In this document: one piece after another, positions 62,745 to 64,000 of the stretch
Layout of the letters: the number at the start of each line of letters is the position of its first letter
Numbering within the stretch: the first letter of the stretch is position 1
Source of the DNA: an archaeon
Lineage (GTDB): Archaea > Nanobdellota > Nanobdellia > Pacearchaeales > GW2011-AR1
Assembly (NCBI GenBank): GCA_018697295.1
Contig: JABHTJ010000001.1
Span: forward strand, 66,305-130,304
DNA: 64,000 nt
Direction: 5' to 3'
Made by a program: the position numbers and the translations under genes
The notes under the pieces: generated by a model
Told to the model about the DNA's origin: nothing
Database searches by the model: none
Seen by the model: the letters and a program-made list of their open reading frames with translations, nothing else

Positions 62745-63694
62745 GTTTTACAATACTCCTTGCTATTAATTTCCTCTAAGTTTTTTCCAAATAAATAAAG
62801 TGGGGATAAATCTTCAATCGAAGCATTTTCCAATATACTAGAAAAGATTAGCAATTTTGATTTTAAATTTGAGTTACATCCACGTGAACCCATCAAATCA
62901 ATTTTTTGAGTAAGTATCTCTGTAATTTTATTCGTTCGATATAATAGTCGTTCAACCTCACATTCATACAAATCGTTATCGGAGAATATTGCCCCATAGA
63001 GCAAATTTCCTGAATAATCTAAACTTCCTCCACCCTTGAGAACTTTTCCAGTTTCAAATAAATGGTCGCATTCCGGCTCGTTGCAAGTCCCAAATACTTT
63101 TACATCACAATCGACACCGTCAACAAAACAAACCTGTACCGAATCATCGGTCGAACATTCTTCCAAGAAAATATTTGGAACATTAAGTCGTTCTAATTCT
63201 TCTAAAATCTCGTCGGGAGAATCACGAAAACAATAATCTTTAGAGCTCATAAAAAGCATGTCGCTTACCTTATATGGGAGGGAAAATGGTTTCGAAAGAA
63301 TGTAGTATTTTTTCCCAACCGTTTGTTCTTCGGAAAAAAGATATTTATTCGGAATCTTGGTTGCAATGCCTTCCTTATTCCATTCCTCGCCAATATTCGA
63401 GTGAGTAGCAACGGCCAATTCATTTCTCCCAAAGTCTTGTGCCGGTTCAAAACAAAGATTCGTAATTCTCGTTTCCTTGTTGAATGTAATCGAACCATAA
63501 CTAGCCTCGCCAAAACCAACTTGCAGAGGATTAGTAAGGACATTAATTTCTTTTGCAATAGATGAATCAACAGCATTTCTTTGTGTGTCTCCAAATTGCA
63601 ATGCTGCAAAAATTGCTAAAAATAAAATCATTCCCCCAACAATAATCGCAAAAAGCCAAGTAAAATTAAATTGTCCTCGTGAAAAATTCATCAT
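62738..63694 (-). CDS. Pilin-like protein with class III signal peptide (larger subunit)
   Basis: The start was moved to the ATG at 63694, just after the upstream stop. MMNFSRG-QFNFTWLFAIIVGGMILFLAIFAAL. Confidence 0.45.
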   Translation of the reverse strand: MMNFSRGQFNFTWLFAIIVGGMILFLAIFAALQFGDTQRNAVDSSIAKEINVLTNPLQVGFGEASYGSITFNKETRITNLCFEPAQDFGRNELAVATHSNIGEEWNKEGIATKIPNKYLFSEEQTVGKKYYILSKPFSLPYKVSDMLFMSSKDYCFRDSPDEILEELERLNVPNIFLEECSTDDSVQVCFVDGVDCDVKVFGTCNEPECDHLFETGKVLKGGGSLDYSGNLLYGAIFSDNDLYECEVERLLYRTNKITEILTQKIDLMGSRGCNSNLKSKLLIFSSILENASIEDLSPLYLFGKNLEEINSKEYCKTW

Positions 63695-63698
63695 AGCT

Positions 63699-64000
63699 TC
63701 AAACGATTGAAACGAACTTATCGTAAAATCCCTTTTTAATAATAATTTTCTCAGTTGCATCGACGCAATAAGGATTTTTCTCTTCAGTCATCGAAGTAAT
63801 GTCTAAATGTTTTGTTAATTTCCATGGGGCAATTTCTCTAACTTCTCCTGGAGGAATTAGAAAAGTATTCGCATCTTGAAGTTCATAAATCTCAATTTCA
63901 TCATAGGCAAGACCATTTGTTATTGGTGCAGACAAATTCGCAAAACAAACTTGTTTAATTTCACCAGGCAATTTAATGCTAAATTCTGAAGAACTTGATT
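63699..64000 (-). CDS. C-terminal part of an unknown protein in the pilin-like operon; 5' end lies outside window
   Basis: Frame is open to the window edge (listed start is TTG). Co-directional with, and 4 nt from, the next pilin-like gene. Confidence 0.3.
   Translation of the reverse strand, partial: SSSSEFSIKLPGEIKQVCFANLSAPITNGLAYDEIEIYELQDANTFLIPPGEVREIAPWKLTKHLDITSMTEEKNPYCVDATEKIIIKKGFYDKFVSIV

Overview
AT-rich, tightly packed archaeal chromosome segment. It carries archaea/eukaryote-type genes: eL19, eL32, eS4, eL40, eL43, aIF5A, aIF1/SUI1, Spt5, RpoP, P0/P1 stalk and AglB/STT3. Very short intergenic gaps, absence of adk and Rpp29 from their usual operon positions, and a very small archaeosortase-like enzyme suggest a DPANN-type lineage (Pace-/Woesearchaeota-like). 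That lineage call is inference only. Layout: (i) 1-20.3 kb is a protein N-glycosylation island. It holds a Wzx-like flippase, two GT2 paralogs, three GT4, a CE4 deacetylase, two SAM methyltransferases, a FemAB-like transferase, a UDP-GlcNAc 2-epimerase, NeuB and NeuA homologs, a HAD phosphatase, AglB and an AglH-like GlcNAc-1-P transferase. (ii) 20.3-38.1 kb holds SpoIIM-like, YkgJ-like, DUF106/EMC3-like and SecY genes plus the main ribosomal-protein operon (uL3 to uL15, all minus strand). About 3 kb encoding three secreted/surface proteins is inserted between uL15 and secY. (iii) 38.4-53.6 kb is a housekeeping mix: HNH-like and GIY-YIG proteins, an AI-2E transporter, an anchored cyclophilin, tRNA-Ser, uL1-P0-P1, an S2P protease, eL40, aIF5A, FKBP, FtsZ-SecE-Spt5-uL11, tRNA-Pro, eL43-RpoP-prefoldin beta, and SepF. 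(iv) 53.8-64 kb is a cell-envelope locus: a CARDB-like surface protein with an adjacent archaeosortase-family gene, an 869-aa S-layer candidate with a long structured leader, a wHTH regulator, and a run of pilin-like genes with class III-type signal peptides. No rRNA, CRISPR array, transposase or integrase was seen. Two small conserved genes (eL40, RpoP) are missing from the supplied ORF track. Several listed ORF starts are TTG/GTG, and I moved those to nearby ATGs that abut the upstream stop codon. Most noteworthy candidates: the archaeosortase plus candidate substrate pair; a 7-repeat Cys-pair beta-propeller-like secreted protein inserted into the r-protein/secY operon; the sialic-acid-type module (with a SAF-less NeuB) beside aglB; a His-rich prefoldin beta; and an acidic N-terminal extension on Spt5. 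All product calls come from motif recognition by eye, with no database search.
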